A DNA stretch of 64,000 nucleotides. Origin: Anaeramoeba ignava BMAN. Its lineage: Eukaryota; Protista; Anaeramoebae. The notes under the pieces were generated by a model, which saw only the letters and a program-made list of their open reading frames with translations, did not search any database and was not told the DNA's origin. Below are positions 22,240 through 35,583 of the stretch, piece after piece (the stretch's first letter is position 1; each line of letters opens with the position of its first letter). The DNA lies in NCBI GenBank assembly GCA_028826165.1, contig JAPDFW010000082.1, forward strand, positions 62,001-126,000. The letters run 5' to 3'. Both the position numbers and the translations under genes were made by a program.

Positions 22240-25060
22240 TTCAAGAAATTTATTAAAAAAATATTATTATTAAAATTATATTTTAATAAAAAAATATCGA
22301 AAATGTATAAACAATTATGCATTTTTTTTAATAATAGAGATTTATTAAATAATAAATTTATTTCTGAAAAATGAATTTTAATTTTTAATATTTCAAAAAT
22401 ATTTTTATTTATATTAATAATTAATTCATTTTTAATTAAAAATAATATTATTAAAAATATTAAATTATATTTTAATTATTTTTATTTTTATTTAAAAATA
22501 TTTTATTCCACTTTTTAATTTATATTAATAATTAATTCAATTTTTAATTAATATTTATATTATATTTCTTTTTAATTATTAAATAATAAATTTATTTCTA
22601 AATAATATTATTATTAAATTATATTTTAATTATTTTTATTTTTATTTTATTTCACTTTTTTTTTTTATTTAAAAATATTATATTCTTTTTAATTTTAAAT
22701 ATTCCATTTTAAATAATATTATTATTAAATTATATTTTAATTCTTAAAATAATATTATTAAAAATATTTTATTCCACTTTTTATTTATATTTATAATTAG
22801 TTCAATTTTAATTAATATTTATATTATATTTTTATTTATTTATTAAATAATAAATTCATTTCTAAATAATATTATTATTAAATTATATTTTAATTATTTT
22901 TATTTTTATTATATATTTTATTCCACTTTTTTTTATATTAATTTTTCATTTTTAATTAATATTTATATTATATTTCTTTTTAATTATTAAATAATAAATT
23001 TATTTCTAAATAATATTATTATTAAATTATATTTTAATTCTTAAAATAATATTATTAAAAATATTTTATTCCACTTTTTATTTAATAATTAATTAATTTT
23101 TAATTAATATTTATATTATATTTCTTTTTATTTATTAAATAATAAATTTATTTCTAAATAATATTATTATTAAATTATATTTTAATAATTTTTATTTTTA
23201 TTTTAAAAATATTTTATTCCACTTTTAATTTATATTAAAATTAATTATTTTATTAATTATTTATTTATATTTATATTTATTTATTAAATAATAAATTTAT
23301 TTCTAAATATATTATTATTAAATTATATTTTTTAATTTTTAAAATAATATTATTAAAAATATTTTATTCCACTTTTTATTTATATTAATAATTAATTTAT
23401 TATTTATATTATATTTCTTTTAATTATTAAATAATAATTTTTTAAAAATTAAAAATATTTTATTCCACTTTTTAATTTATTTATATTAATTAATTAATTT
23501 TTAATTAATATTTATATTATATTTCTTTTTATTTATTAAATAATAAATTTATTTCTAAATAATAATATTATTAAATTATATTTTAGATTCTTTAAATAAT
23601 ATTATTAAAAATATTTTATTCCACTTTTTAATTTATATTAATAATTAATTCAATTTTAATTAATATTTATATTATATTTTATTTTTATTTATTAAATTTA
23701 TTTCTAAATAATAATATTATTAAATTATATTTTCATTATTTTTATTTTTATTTCATTTTTATTCATTTTTAAATTATATTTATATTTATAATTAATTCAT
23801 TTTTAATTAATATTTATATTATATTTCTTTTTATTTATTAAATAATAAATTTATTTCTAAATAATATTATTATTAAATTATATTTTAATTCTTAAAATAA
23901 TATTATTAAAAATATTTTAAATAATTATTATTTTTAATTTATTTTATTATATTTTTTTTATTAAATAATAAATTTATTTCTAAATAATATTATTATTAAA
24001 TTATTTAATTTTTATTTTTATTTAAAAATATTTTATTCAATTTTTTATTTATATTATTAATTAATTCATTTTTAATTAATATTTATATTATATTTTTATT
24101 TATTAAATAATAAATTTATTTCTAAATAATATTATTATTAAATTATATTTTAATTCTTTTTATTTTTATTTTAAAAATATTTTATTCCACTTTTTATTTA
24201 TATCAATAATTAATTCAATTTTAATTAATATTTATATTATATTTATTTTTAATTATTAAATAATAAATTTATTTCTAAATAATATTATTATTAAATTATA
24301 TTTTTAATTCTTAAAATAATATTATCAAAAATATTTTATTCCACTTTTTATTTATATTAATAATTAATTCATTTTTAATTAATATTTATATTATATTCTT
24401 ATTATTTATTAAATAATAAATTTATTTCTAAATAATATTATTATTAAATTATATTTCCATTCTTAAAATAATATTATCAAAAATATTTTATTTATATTAA
24501 TAATTAATTTTTTAATATTTTATTAATATTTTTTTTATATTTTTTTTATTTATTAAATAATTAATTCATTTTTAATTAATATTTATATTATATTTATTTT
24601 TTTTATTTAATAATATAATAAAAATTTATTTCTAAATAATTATTATTAATTAATTATATTTTAATTATTTTTATATTTTATATTTCTTTTTATTTATTAA
24701 ATAATAAATTTATTTTAATTCTTAAAATAATATTATCAAAAATATTTTATTCCACTTTTATTTATATTAATAATTAATTCAATTTTAATTAATATTTATA
24801 TTATATTTCTTTTTAATTATTAAATAATAAATTCATTTCTAAATAATATTATTATTAAATTCTATTTTCATTATTTTTATATTTATTTCATTTTTTAATT
24901 CATTTTTAAATTATATTTATATTAATAATTAATTCATTTTTAATTAATATTTATATTATATTTCTTTTTATTTATTAAATAATAAATTCATTTCTAAATA
25001 ATATTATTATTAAATTATATTTTAATTATTTTTATTTTTATTTCATTTTTTAATTCATTT
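22240..25060. repeat. Degenerate ~150-bp tandem satellite, almost pure AT
   Basis: Anchor TTTATTTCTAAATAATATTATTATTAAATTATA recurs near 22591, 22999, 23147, 23296, 23548, 23697, 23850, 23973, 24115, 24268, 24421; TTATTCCACTTT recurs with similar spacing. Confidence 0.85.
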
Positions 25061-25079
25061 TTTAATTCATTTTTAAAAA

Positions 25080-25679
25080 ATGTCTTCTATTGAAGCAACT
25101 CTTGAAATGACTTACATCTGCTTTGAAACATTATTAGAAATATTTGATTACAAATATGAACCAACAAAACTTACAGAAAAAGAAAGCAAAAGCAAATTAC
25201 CATTATTTGTTTCATTCCACAAAATAAAAGAAAACAAAAATACATTAAGAGGATGCATTGGAACATTTGAAAAACAAAAACTAGAAGAAGGACTTAAAAA
25301 ATACACTAAAAAAGCTGCATTCCATGATTCAAGATTTAAACCCTTAAAAAAATCAGAACTAAAAAATCTTGAATGTTCAGTTTCTCTTTTAACAAATTTT
25401 GAAAACGCAAAAAATTATCTTGATTGGGAACTTGGCAAACACGGAATTAGAATTGAATTTCTTAATTATCATGCTACTTATTTACCTCATGTCGCTCCAA
25501 ATCGTTCTTGGGATAAAATTACTACTATTCAACATCTTGCTAGAAAAGCTGGATTTAAAAAAGATTTAAATGATAATATCCTAAATCAAATCAAATTGGA
25601 AAAATTTCAAGCTTCAAAAATTTCTTCTCTTTTTCTGGATTTTTTAAAAGCAAAAAAAATGGATAATTTCGAGTTTTAA
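25080..25679 (+). CDS. AMMECR1: AMMECR1-domain protein
   Basis: PLFVSF..LRGCIGTF, AAFHDSRF, CSVSLL..FE, DWELGKHGI, ATYLP.VA. Confidence 0.95.
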   Translation: MSSIEATLEMTYICFETLLEIFDYKYEPTKLTEKESKSKLPLFVSFHKIKENKNTLRGCIGTFEKQKLEEGLKKYTKKAAFHDSRFKPLKKSELKNLECSVSLLTNFENAKNYLDWELGKHGIRIEFLNYHATYLPHVAPNRSWDKITTIQHLARKAGFKKDLNDNILNQIKLEKFQASKISSLFLDFLKAKKMDNFEF

Positions 25680-25781
25680 ATTATTTTTTTTTCCGTTTTT
25701 AATTCAACAAATATTTAAATGGAAAAAAAAATTTTTCATTTCATTTCATTGTTAAATCAAATTATTATTTTTTTTTAAATC

Positions 25782-28700
25782 TTAATTTAAAAAATTTTTC
25801 ATAATTAAATCAACTTCTTCAAAAACCGAAACAAAATTTGTTTCTTTTGATGAAAATATTTTGGAAATTAAATTATGATAGAATTCATGAAACAAGGGAA
25901 TCGATTGAACTTTTTCAAATAAAACAATATATTCGTCAACAACACTTGAAAATTCCATCAAATCCGTTTCATTTTTACTAAATTTGGCAAATGAAGAACG
26001 AATTTCATTTAAAGTTTTTTCACTTAAAACCAAATCATTACTTTTGTTGTTGATATTATATTTATGAATTTCATATAAATTTATATATTTCTCCATAAAT
26101 AACCCAAATAAAAATTGGCAAAGTTCAATTTGTTTGTAATTAACATGATAAATTTCATCTTCAACAAATTCGTAATTGATTTTCCCACTTTTTTCTAAAA
26201 GAGATCCAACTAAATCCAAACTGAAGTTTCTCTGTTTCGTCATAAAAACTTCAGATTCAATTGGTAAGATTGATTCCAACAAAACAATCCAAATATCAAT
26301 CAAAAAGAATAGCTTGATTTTCTCAAATCCTATTAATTTCGTTGCAAAAAACCATTGCACAATTTCGTCAATAAAAAAATGAACCAATTCTAACTTGCTT
26401 TCTTTCTTTGATCTTGATGATTGTTCTTCAAGTTTTTTAATAAGAACTATGAGCAATGTGAAAATTGATCCTGTTTTGAAAAAAAATTCTAATTTTTGGA
26501 AATTACTGAATTTCTTCTCGTATTCTTTATCAATCATTTCGTTTAAATTCTTGAAAGATTTTTTGTAGCCTAATAAATATTTTGTTGCACAAGCCTCGAA
26601 AAAAATGGCAAATGTTGCTTCTGATTCTATTTTGGTCTCAAATAGAGATTTAATCGCAAGTTCCATATCAAGTTTTTCTGATAGCTCAATGCATTTTTTC
26701 GTTGTTCTTGTAATGAAAACCAAATTCGATCCTGAGAAGTAGTTTAGATGCGAGAAAAAATGGTTATAAATGTTAATGTTCCAATAATGAAGTGAATTTT
26801 GGTATTCAATAAATCCCAAAACATCTGAGATGATTAAAGAAACATCTTTTGAATTGATGTCGTAACACGATTTGAACATGAAATGCTTCTGCTCATTTTC
26901 CTGTTCTTCAATCTCGTTCTTTTTGTTAAAAACGAGAAACTTAGGCTCCATTTTCGGTTGGTTGCTTTCTTGTATTTCCTTTTCGAGAGAATACTTGATG
27001 TTCGGATCTTGAGACAGCAAACGAGAAGGTTCTTGATAAATTATCGAGAAAGAAAACCGGATGATGTTCATCACAAATGAAAGATAGGCAAAGAATTTAT
27101 CACTGTTTTTTTCCTGATCAACCATGCCAACCAATTGTATAAACTGAAGAGAAAATGGAAGCTCATTTGAAAAAGGCGCGTTTTCTTGAGTATTTTTTCT
27201 GTTTTCAAACAATGTGAATCCAGCAATATTATCAGAAATTTTCTTCAACTGTATTTGCTCAAAATTTGTGAAAACATCCTGTAGAGTTTTTGTATACATT
27301 TCGGTTTCCATATTTTCCCAGTTATAACTATTCACAAGTCTTGAGAGAAAATAAAAGTATGTTTTTTGTGAGGATTTTTCCACTTTCTGGTTTTCGAAAT
27401 GAAGCAAGACATATAACACTAATCTGAAAAGAACACCATCTAGTTTTGGCTTCGGGATTTGAGAGTGTTCAATATTTTCCCACTCAAACAGAGTGATGAT
27501 CCCAGAAATTAATGAGAACTGGATGTGTTTGTGGCGTTGGAGCATTTTGATGAGCAATTCTTCCGATAGTATCACCTCTTTCCATGGCAGTTGTTGAAGC
27601 ACAATATTCACAAACGCATCTGAAAAGACGTAATCTTCGTTCATTAAATCCAAGAACTTGAACAAGAATTTAGTGATGATTTTTGATTCCTTGTATTTGA
27701 ATTGCAATCTCGAAAGAAAATTACAAAGCAACTGGATCATTGCTCGCTGATTTTTCTCAATTCTGCGAATAAAAGATGGATTGATTTTGTATTCTTCAAT
27801 CTTTTTCTGGTTCGATGCAATGATGAACCACTTGAAAACCTTCCAGATAAAATGGAAATAGAAATTGAATTTCTCGTTTATTCCTGAAAAACCGAGAGTT
27901 GACTGAGTGATACTTGAATATTCTTGCTCGAAATAGCCGAGAATCTTGTTCAGCAGAGAGACAAAATACTTGATGTGCTTGGATAAGTAGGAATAAATCT
28001 CAATACGAATGCGAATTTTGCTAAAGCATTTTTGCACAAAATTTTCAAACATTTCTGCAAGTTGATTAAGAGTTGCAGGGAAGCAAATATAATGGATATA
28101 GTCTTGCATAAACATCCAGGTTTCTGGGATAATCAGCTTTTCTGCTGTTTTCTCGAAGAGAAACTGGAAAATATCAACCGATTTCGATCTGATAATTCTC
28201 TTAATAAGGTGTTGAATACTTTGTGAGATGTGATTAAATAAAGAGGGAAATTTCTCCTTAACATCCAGAGTGAGAGTAGAAAGTAAATTCTTCGTCACTT
28301 CGAAATAGAAATCATCGTCCATTTGGCTTTTTTGGATCCATTGCTTAAACTTGAAGAAATTCCACAATGTGCCTAATGCGCTTGAGTTTGCGGTTTTGGG
28401 TCTTTGGATCACAGAATCAATCAAAATTCGATAAAGCTGGAAAAACTTTTCGCCTTCATTTTGTGGATCAAATTCCGTTATTAGATAGGGAAGCGAATTT
28501 GGATACTGGATCACATACTTCAAAATTTGACTGGAATCATTCACAAATATCTTGTAGAGCTTGGGAATGGATTTGTGGAAAAGAATATCGAAAAGTGGAT
28601 CACAAAGTGCAACATCTTTCTGGTATTCAAGAAAAATTTTGAACCATTTCAACCCAACTTCCTGAAGATCTTTCATTTTCTCTGAAGTGTTAGTGTTGGA

Positions 28701-31700
28701 TAATGGATTATATCCTTGCTCTCTTTGCGGATGAGTCTTGAGTTTGACGATTTTGGTCAATGAACGGAGGAAAAGCTCAATTTGAATGATCGCTGCAGCA
28801 ATATGTATCGGGAACGATTTGTTTGGATTTGATTTAATTTGGACAAAGTCTCGGATATTTTTTCTGTTATTGCGGAGGATTTCGGCAATAATTTCAACAG
28901 GATAATATTCGATCGAGCGTACGATATTCGACTCTTTTTCTGGTTTTTTTGATGGTGTCATCCCGATTTGCGTTTTTTCTCGTGTTGGAACTTTGATGAA
29001 CAAATTCGAAATGAGCTTTAAATAAACATCATCTGATTGTATATGGAGTGACAAACCGTCTTGGAAATGCTTTGATGCAATTTGTATCATTTCTAAATAT
29101 TGTGTGATTTTTTGTTCAATTTTCGACAATTTGAATGTTTCAAATTTGAAAGAAAGAATTTCAGGATCAAACAGATATGGAACAGAAATCAAATCAAGTG
29201 GATTAAAAGATGGGCTAGACTGCAACAATTTTCTAACAGATTCGCTATCCTGTTTTTTTTGGTGTGTCCGTATATTATTCATTTTGTTATTCTTTCTATT
29301 CTTTGTTTGAATGTTGTTATTATTATTGTTATTGTTATTGTTATTGTTATTTTTTTTATTTGCTTTTTTCGGATTGACAATAGATTTAGGAATTTGTTTT
29401 TTGGGGGTATTTATCTTCATTTTTGCTTGTTCTTCCTTGTTATATGTGACAATTTTGCCGTCGAATGTTTGAATTTGCATCTCTTCTAAATCACTTTCAG
29501 GATCAACAAAATTATTATTTTTTTCAGTATCTAATAATAAAGGTTTTCTAAAGTTGAGCTCAGGATGGAAAAAAACAGATGTTTGCTCCTCAAGTTTCAT
29601 GGAGATCTTATTTTTTTGAAGCATTTCCCACCAACAAGCAGAATCAAGAAATAGCAAACTTTTTAATTGCTTGAAGTTGTAAACATCCATGTTTTTGCGG
29701 TAATATTCTTCGGCAGTTTGGAACAGCTTTTCAATATCATCTGTTAACCATTGTTTCATTGCCGAAAATAAAACAGCCATGTCACTTCTCTTTCCAAAAG
29801 CTAAGCCGTTTTTGAGAAAAGACAATCTCTCATAAAGTAAGTCAAATACATTATCAGAATAACCACACAGCTCAAAGACTTGTCTTCCAAACCAAGTTTC
29901 GTTACTTGGTGTTGATGAGGATTTTTTGGAGTGGATATCAAACGAAAAATAAAGCTTGAAAAGGGACTGCCAGATCAACGGTAATAACTCAGAGGTGCTT
30001 TGAAGCGCAAACTCAATCCACCAAAACAAATAATTTAGATGTTTAGTTATTGCTTTGTCTTTCTTTAAGTCTTGTATTGATTTACCGGATTTCTTGATAA
30101 TTTCTCCAATCATTTGCAATATATCTCTTTCAATTTCAGTTTCTGTGCGAAGAAATTCAAATAAAAAATATGGAGAATCTTGGATAATTTGCAGTCGTAA
30201 ATTAGTGTGTGTTTTTGAAAATGGGAACAAAGACACATAGTCAACTAAAACCGAGTAAATTCTGGGCTTTTCGATATGATAGGCTTGCAACCAGAAATCA
30301 AGCAGATTTTTTTGGCTTCCTTTTTTGGGATAAACAACATTTTGGAAGTTGAAGAACTGGCAGTATAAAAAATCATGGATGATTTCATGATATCCAAAGA
30401 CAAACCCAATCTGGAAAAGTGTGTTTAGTGACTTCAAGCAAGTCTCTGTTAAATACCATTGAGGAATTTGAGAAAAGAGATTCAGCCAAAAACGGAATAT
30501 ATCTGAAGATTGGCAGAGAATTCTGTTGTTAAAGAGTTGCTTTTCTTTCTCGAGCTTTGGGTTTTCTTGGGATAATTTTTCGATTCTTATTCTTTCTCTC
30601 TCTCTTCTGTAAATCATGGAAACTGTCATTTGGGCGAGTATTTCAAAGGGATGAGAGGAAGAATTATTGGAAAAAGTACTTTTGATAGTATTGCTTGGAT
30701 GTGTGTTAGACTGAGAAGGATTATCACTATTATCAACTACTTGCTCTGTCTTAATTTCTCGAGGATGACTCTTGATTTCGTCCAGTTGATAAAAACCTAA
30801 TGCTTGATAAAGATATTCATTCAGAACTTTCAAAATCCAAAAGGGTTCTAAACAAGTATATGCATATTCGCTTGCTCGGATTATGTTAATTAAATTCTCA
30901 TTAATTTTTCGTTTCTTTGTGTAAATTTTGTCAGTTATCTTTTTGCGTTGTTTGGGAGCTATTGGTGGTTTTTTATCAATGAATAAATGTATAATTCGTG
31001 GAACAAAAGGATAAAATATTTTGGCAAAGTGAATAAATTCTCCATATTGAACAAAAGATTTGAAGATTTGTTTGCGTAATTTTTCAAGATTGCTGTTCTT
31101 CAAAGTTTCTGTGCTTATTAAATTTGTTGATACAAGAATTGCATAAGACGTCAAAGCATCCGGCTTTTTTTTACCACTTACAAAATTTCTCAGAAAATTT
31201 ATTTGAGAAGTTTTTTCAATTTTTGTGGAAATATCAAATAATGGCAAACGAGATTCTCCAAATTCTGTAAATAAATTTAATGAAAAGATTATTTCTTCGC
31301 ATTCACTAAACACTTCTTTTGTTTGTTGTGAAAAATTTTGTGGTTTTTCTTTGGTAATATTTATGAATTTGATCCAAAATTCTGTGATAATAAATAATGA
31401 AAGTCTATGAAAAATGGGATCAATAAAAAGTTTTTTGTATTTTCCTTCTAAATATTCAGTAGATTTTTGCCATAAATTTTGGTTTTGATTTTGATTTTGA
31501 TTTATATTTTGATTTTGATTTATATTTTGATTTATATTTTGATTTATATTTTGATTTATATTTTGATTTATATTTTGATTTATATTTTGATTTTGATTTG
31601 AATTTTGATTTATATTTTGATTTGAATTTTGATTTTCATTCTTTTCTATTGTTGTTTCAATTAATTCTGGAGATTCAAATAATCGGGAATCCTCTTGATC

Positions 31701-33950
31701 ACTTTTTGTTTTTTTAGCTCTTTTTGAAAACCCAAAATTTAGTTTGAGCAAAATGTCTCTTCCTAATTTTGATGAATACTTTCCATTTATATCTAAAATC
31801 CATTCTTTCAAGAAAAGAAATTCTTGTTCAGTTGGAATCCATTGTTCAATTGGTAAATTCAAGAATTCTTTTAATCGTTCGTTATCTATAATAGATTGGA
31901 AATGATAAAAGAATCTGAAAATTTGGGATGTATATTTGGGATGTCTTGCACAAATATCCTTCAAATTTTGTTTGATGGAGGAAAAATAAACATCCTTAGT
32001 TTCACGGAAAACAAGACCAACAAAACAAAGCTCATGGATAATACATTGGGTCAACTCTCCATGGCTTTCTGTGGCTATTTTACCGAGTGAAAAGATGATA
32101 AAATGACCATTATTACTAAGCGAATCAAGAAACCATTTTCTTCTTTCTGTTCTATAGAAAGATTTAGATGAGATCATCCCGTTTGAGAATTGGAATGTTA
32201 TTGAATGTGTTCTGCTTTTACGAAACCTTGTGCCTTGAAAAACATAAATCTCCCATTCCTTGAAAGTGGTGATCTTGAAATTTGAATCACCGGAATAAAG
32301 AAGAAGAAAAATTTTCCACAACCCATTTTCTGATAAAAATTGGTAAGGGAGATTTACGAGTAATGACCATATTTCGTGATTTTTGCAATGAAGAATATGA
32401 GAAACACCCAAAACCATGATATGCTCCATGAGATCACTTCGTGAAATATTGAGTTCTGTGATGAAAGAAGGTGAGGTTGGCTTGTTGAGAAAGAAGCCAA
32501 ACTGCGAAATTGTTTGCGCCATTAATTTTGCGACTTGAAGCAAGTTCATTTCTTCTTCGATCAGAGAAAGAAGGTTTGCAGATAGGTTGAATAAACGGTA
32601 AATCATTTGTATAGTTGTTAATCTGTTAAATGGAGATTTTGGAGAGAAGATGAAATCGAAGAAATCTTTGAGAGGCAGTTTCTGGAAAACATGGAAAAAT
32701 ATAGCCTCAAATTGAGCAGGACTTTCGGATTCAAGAAGCAAGACCTTTTCTGTTTCTTTTTCGGTTTGTTTTTCTTGTGATTCGTTTTCGTTTTGGTTGT
32801 CGAATTTGCGTTTGTCCTTGTTTTGTTCTTGGAAGCTTTTGTCTTGGAGATTGAATTCTTGGCTTTGCTTCATTTTTGAGAACTTTGTTTCGGATATTGG
32901 CTTGATCTTAAAAGAAGAGTTGTGCTGTATCTTTTCTTTGATGTTTTGATAAAAGGCCTCAAAAACAATCAAAAAGAAGTTTGTTGACTCTTGTTCCCAA
33001 TTAGAAGGGGATTGAATAAGGGATTTAACAAAAGATGAAGAGGAAGAAGGAGAGGCGAAGTTCATCATGCACATTTGAAGAAAAAGCAGCTCTGTTCTGA
33101 AGTGCATTTTGATTAGGACACTGGAGATTTTTTTGATCCAGTTCTGGATATAGTCGATAATTTTCTGGTAACTAATTTCTGTTTCAGCTTCTATTCGTTG
33201 ATACTCTTCGGATTTTGTGTTGTTTTTCTGTGAATTTAGATGCGCCTCTAATTTCGTTTTTTTCTCAATAGTGTATTGTTTTTCGAGTATAAAAAGCTCT
33301 TTTGTCAGGCTCATTATGAAATATTGCTTCTTTGTGGCCTCAATCTCACTTTGGAAACCGTTTTTGTGTTGGTGCATAAGTTTACTAAAATATTGAGCAA
33401 TATAAATCTCAATTCGGATGCGAGACATTTTTTTTTCTGCAGAAAGCATAAGAAGTTCTGTATGGACCTTTTGCCGAAAAAGATCCATCATGCTTTTGAA
33501 TTGGTCAAGATTTGTTAAAAGAAAAGTCTCTTCTGAACTCAATTCTGTGTCAACAGTTGGAAGAGACTCGAAAGAACGCATGGAATATTTCTGTTCTAAA
33601 TTTTCAATTTGCCACAATTCACTTGATAAAGCTAAAATTTCTTGATATAATTGTGGGATTTCATTTTTAAGTTTCTTTCTAGCAAGAATAGCTAAAAATA
33701 ACGAGCGGATAAGTTTTGTAAGTTTTGTTTTTGGGGTTTGTTTGATCTATATTTTTATATTTTTAATTTTTTATATTTAATTTTTTAATTCCAAACTAAA
33801 AAGAACAAGAACAAGAACAAAAAGAAAAAGAAGAGAAAAAAAATTTTTTTTATATAATTTTTGGTTTACATTTCGATATGAAAGTAAAGCTGTACGAAGA
33901 ATTGCTTGAAAAGGATTTTGGTATTTTAATTTTTCTTCAAAATTCTCCAT
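25782..33950 (-). CDS. EPG5: Ectopic P-granules protein 5 homolog (autophagosome-lysosome tether), ~2,680 aa
   Basis: Size and motifs (LVNLPYQFLS..LWKIF, LPIEQWIPTEQEFLFLKEWIL, LLKLNFG, LLPLIWQSLFKLYF) recall EPG5 from memory. Short first exon from ATG 33950 (MENFEEKL..), intron, then the long exon from about 33746. Confidence 0.7.
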
Positions 33951-34083
33951 TTAATTAAAAGAAAAAAAAAAGGAAAAAATGAAAAAAATGAATTTTGATT
34001 TTAGAAAAAATTTTTTTAATCTTGTTTTGTTTTGAAAAAAAAGAAAGAAAATAAAGTCAAATCTAATTTAATTTTAATCTAAT

Positions 34084-34521
34084 TTAATTTTCTTTTTCTT
34101 TTTTTGAATTTGGTTCAAAGTCTTTTCTTTTAATCATAATACATAAATCATGAATACAATCAATGCCATTTTCTTTACAAAAATCAATTGCTGTTTGATT
34201 TTCACTTCCAGGTTGCATCCAAATTTTTTTAACATTCATTTCATGACATTCTTTAACAACTTTTTCAGTAATTTTTGGAGGAACAATTGTAATAACAACA
34301 TCAATGTCTTTTTTTTCTGTTTCATGAAAGTTTCGAAGACTTTGATAGGCTTTTTTACCCAAAATTTCTTTTTCATTTAAATTAATTGGAATTAAATTTT
34401 CAAACCCAGCAGTAATTAAATCTTTAAGGACAATATAACCATATTTAGATTGATTATTCGAAGCACCAATAATTGCAATTAAATTTTTTTTATTAAGAAA
34501 AGAAGAAATCAAATCAGACAT
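34084..34521 (-). CDS. CoA-binding domain protein (YccU/CoA_binding_2 family), prokaryotic type
   Basis: IAIIGASNNQSKYGY..LIPIN..EILG.KAY.SL..DVVITIVPP..KIWMQPGSEN..CI; intronless. Confidence 0.9.
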   Translation of the reverse strand: MSDLISSFLNKKNLIAIIGASNNQSKYGYIVLKDLITAGFENLIPINLNEKEILGKKAYQSLRNFHETEKKDIDVVITIVPPKITEKVVKECHEMNVKKIWMQPGSENQTAIDFCKENGIDCIHDLCIMIKRKDFEPNSKKEKEN

Positions 34522-34755
34522 TTTTTTTTATAAAAAATTAAAAAAATGAAAAATTAAAAAAATGAAAAAATTAAAAAAATGAAAAAATTTGGATTTTGGA
34601 TTTAAGTTTCCTTTTATTAAAATTCTTTTAATAATTTGTTTTTTTTTTTAAATTAAATATTTTTAATCCACCACTATTAAAAACATTTAATTTAAAAACA
34701 AAAAATTAAAAGAGATAAAAGGAATTAAAAGAAAAAAAAAACTTCAAATTGATTT

Positions 34756-35475
34756 TTAGTTGTTTTTTTGATTTTTTGGTTTAAGACTGAATCGATCTTT
34801 TGTTAATTGATGTTTTGATTCAGTCTTTTTTTCTTTTTCATCTTTTTGATTATCCTTTTTTTCTTTTTCTTTTTGATTATCCTTTTTTTTTTGATTATCC
34901 TTTTGTTCTTTATCTTTTTGTTCTTTTTCTTTTTGTTCTTTTTCTTGTTTTTGTTTTTCTTGTTTTTGTTTTTCTAAAATCTGACGAGTATAAGGAAGAA
35001 GTCCACCAGCATCTCTAATTCTTAGAATCTCATCAGGAATTTTTGGGAAAGTGAATTTTTTTTCAGAAACTGTCACAATTCCATTTTCCAAATCAAGTGA
35101 AACTTTTGCTCCCTTTTTATATTCATCAACAGCTTCAGGACATTCGACAAGTATTAAACCTTGATTAATTGAAGCTCTGTAAAAAATTCTCGCGAATCCT
35201 TTACCTATTATTGCTTGTATTCCAACACTTCTGAGCCCTAAAGCTGGTTGTTCTCTTGATGATCCACATCCAAAATTTTTGCCAACAAACATAATGTCAC
35301 CTGGTTTGACATTGACAGTGAAAGTTGAATCAAGATCTTCTAAAAGATGTGGTCGAATTTCTTGAACTGTTGAGCATGTGTAAGTGTATTTACCTGGAAA
35401 GAGCATATCAGTATTAATGTTACTGTCAGGATAATACCAAATGTTAATGTCTGATGTTTGTTCTTTATTTTCCAT
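34756..35475 (-). CDS. leuD: 3-isopropylmalate dehydratase/homoaconitase small subunit with K/E/Q-rich tail
   Basis: NINTDMLFPG, GKNFGCGSSREQP, FARIFYR, AGGL. Confidence 0.9.
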   Translation of the reverse strand: MENKEQTSDINIWYYPDSNINTDMLFPGKYTYTCSTVQEIRPHLLEDLDSTFTVNVKPGDIMFVGKNFGCGSSREQPALGLRSVGIQAIIGKGFARIFYRASINQGLILVECPEAVDEYKKGAKVSLDLENGIVTVSEKKFTFPKIPDEILRIRDAGGLLPYTRQILEKQKQEKQKQEKEQKEKEQKDKEQKDNQKKKDNQKEKEKKDNQKDEKEKKTESKHQLTKDRFSLKPKNQKNN

Positions 35476-35583
35476 TAATGTTATTTATTATTTTAATGTT
35501 GTTTTTGTTTTTTTGTTTTGTTTTTTTTTTTTGATCTTATTTTTTTGATCTTATGTTTTTTGCAATTATTTTTTTCTTTGCAA

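Noticed and set aside
22000-22330. ERMP1 as a 5'-truncated pseudogene
   Set aside because: The catalytic and membrane regions are intact. The missing start falls in homopolymer-rich sequence next to the satellite, where indel errors are likely.
22240-25060. Regularly spaced conserved motif resembling a CRISPR array
   Set aside because: The intervening sequences are themselves repeated and degenerate, there are no unique spacers or cas genes, and the context is eukaryotic.
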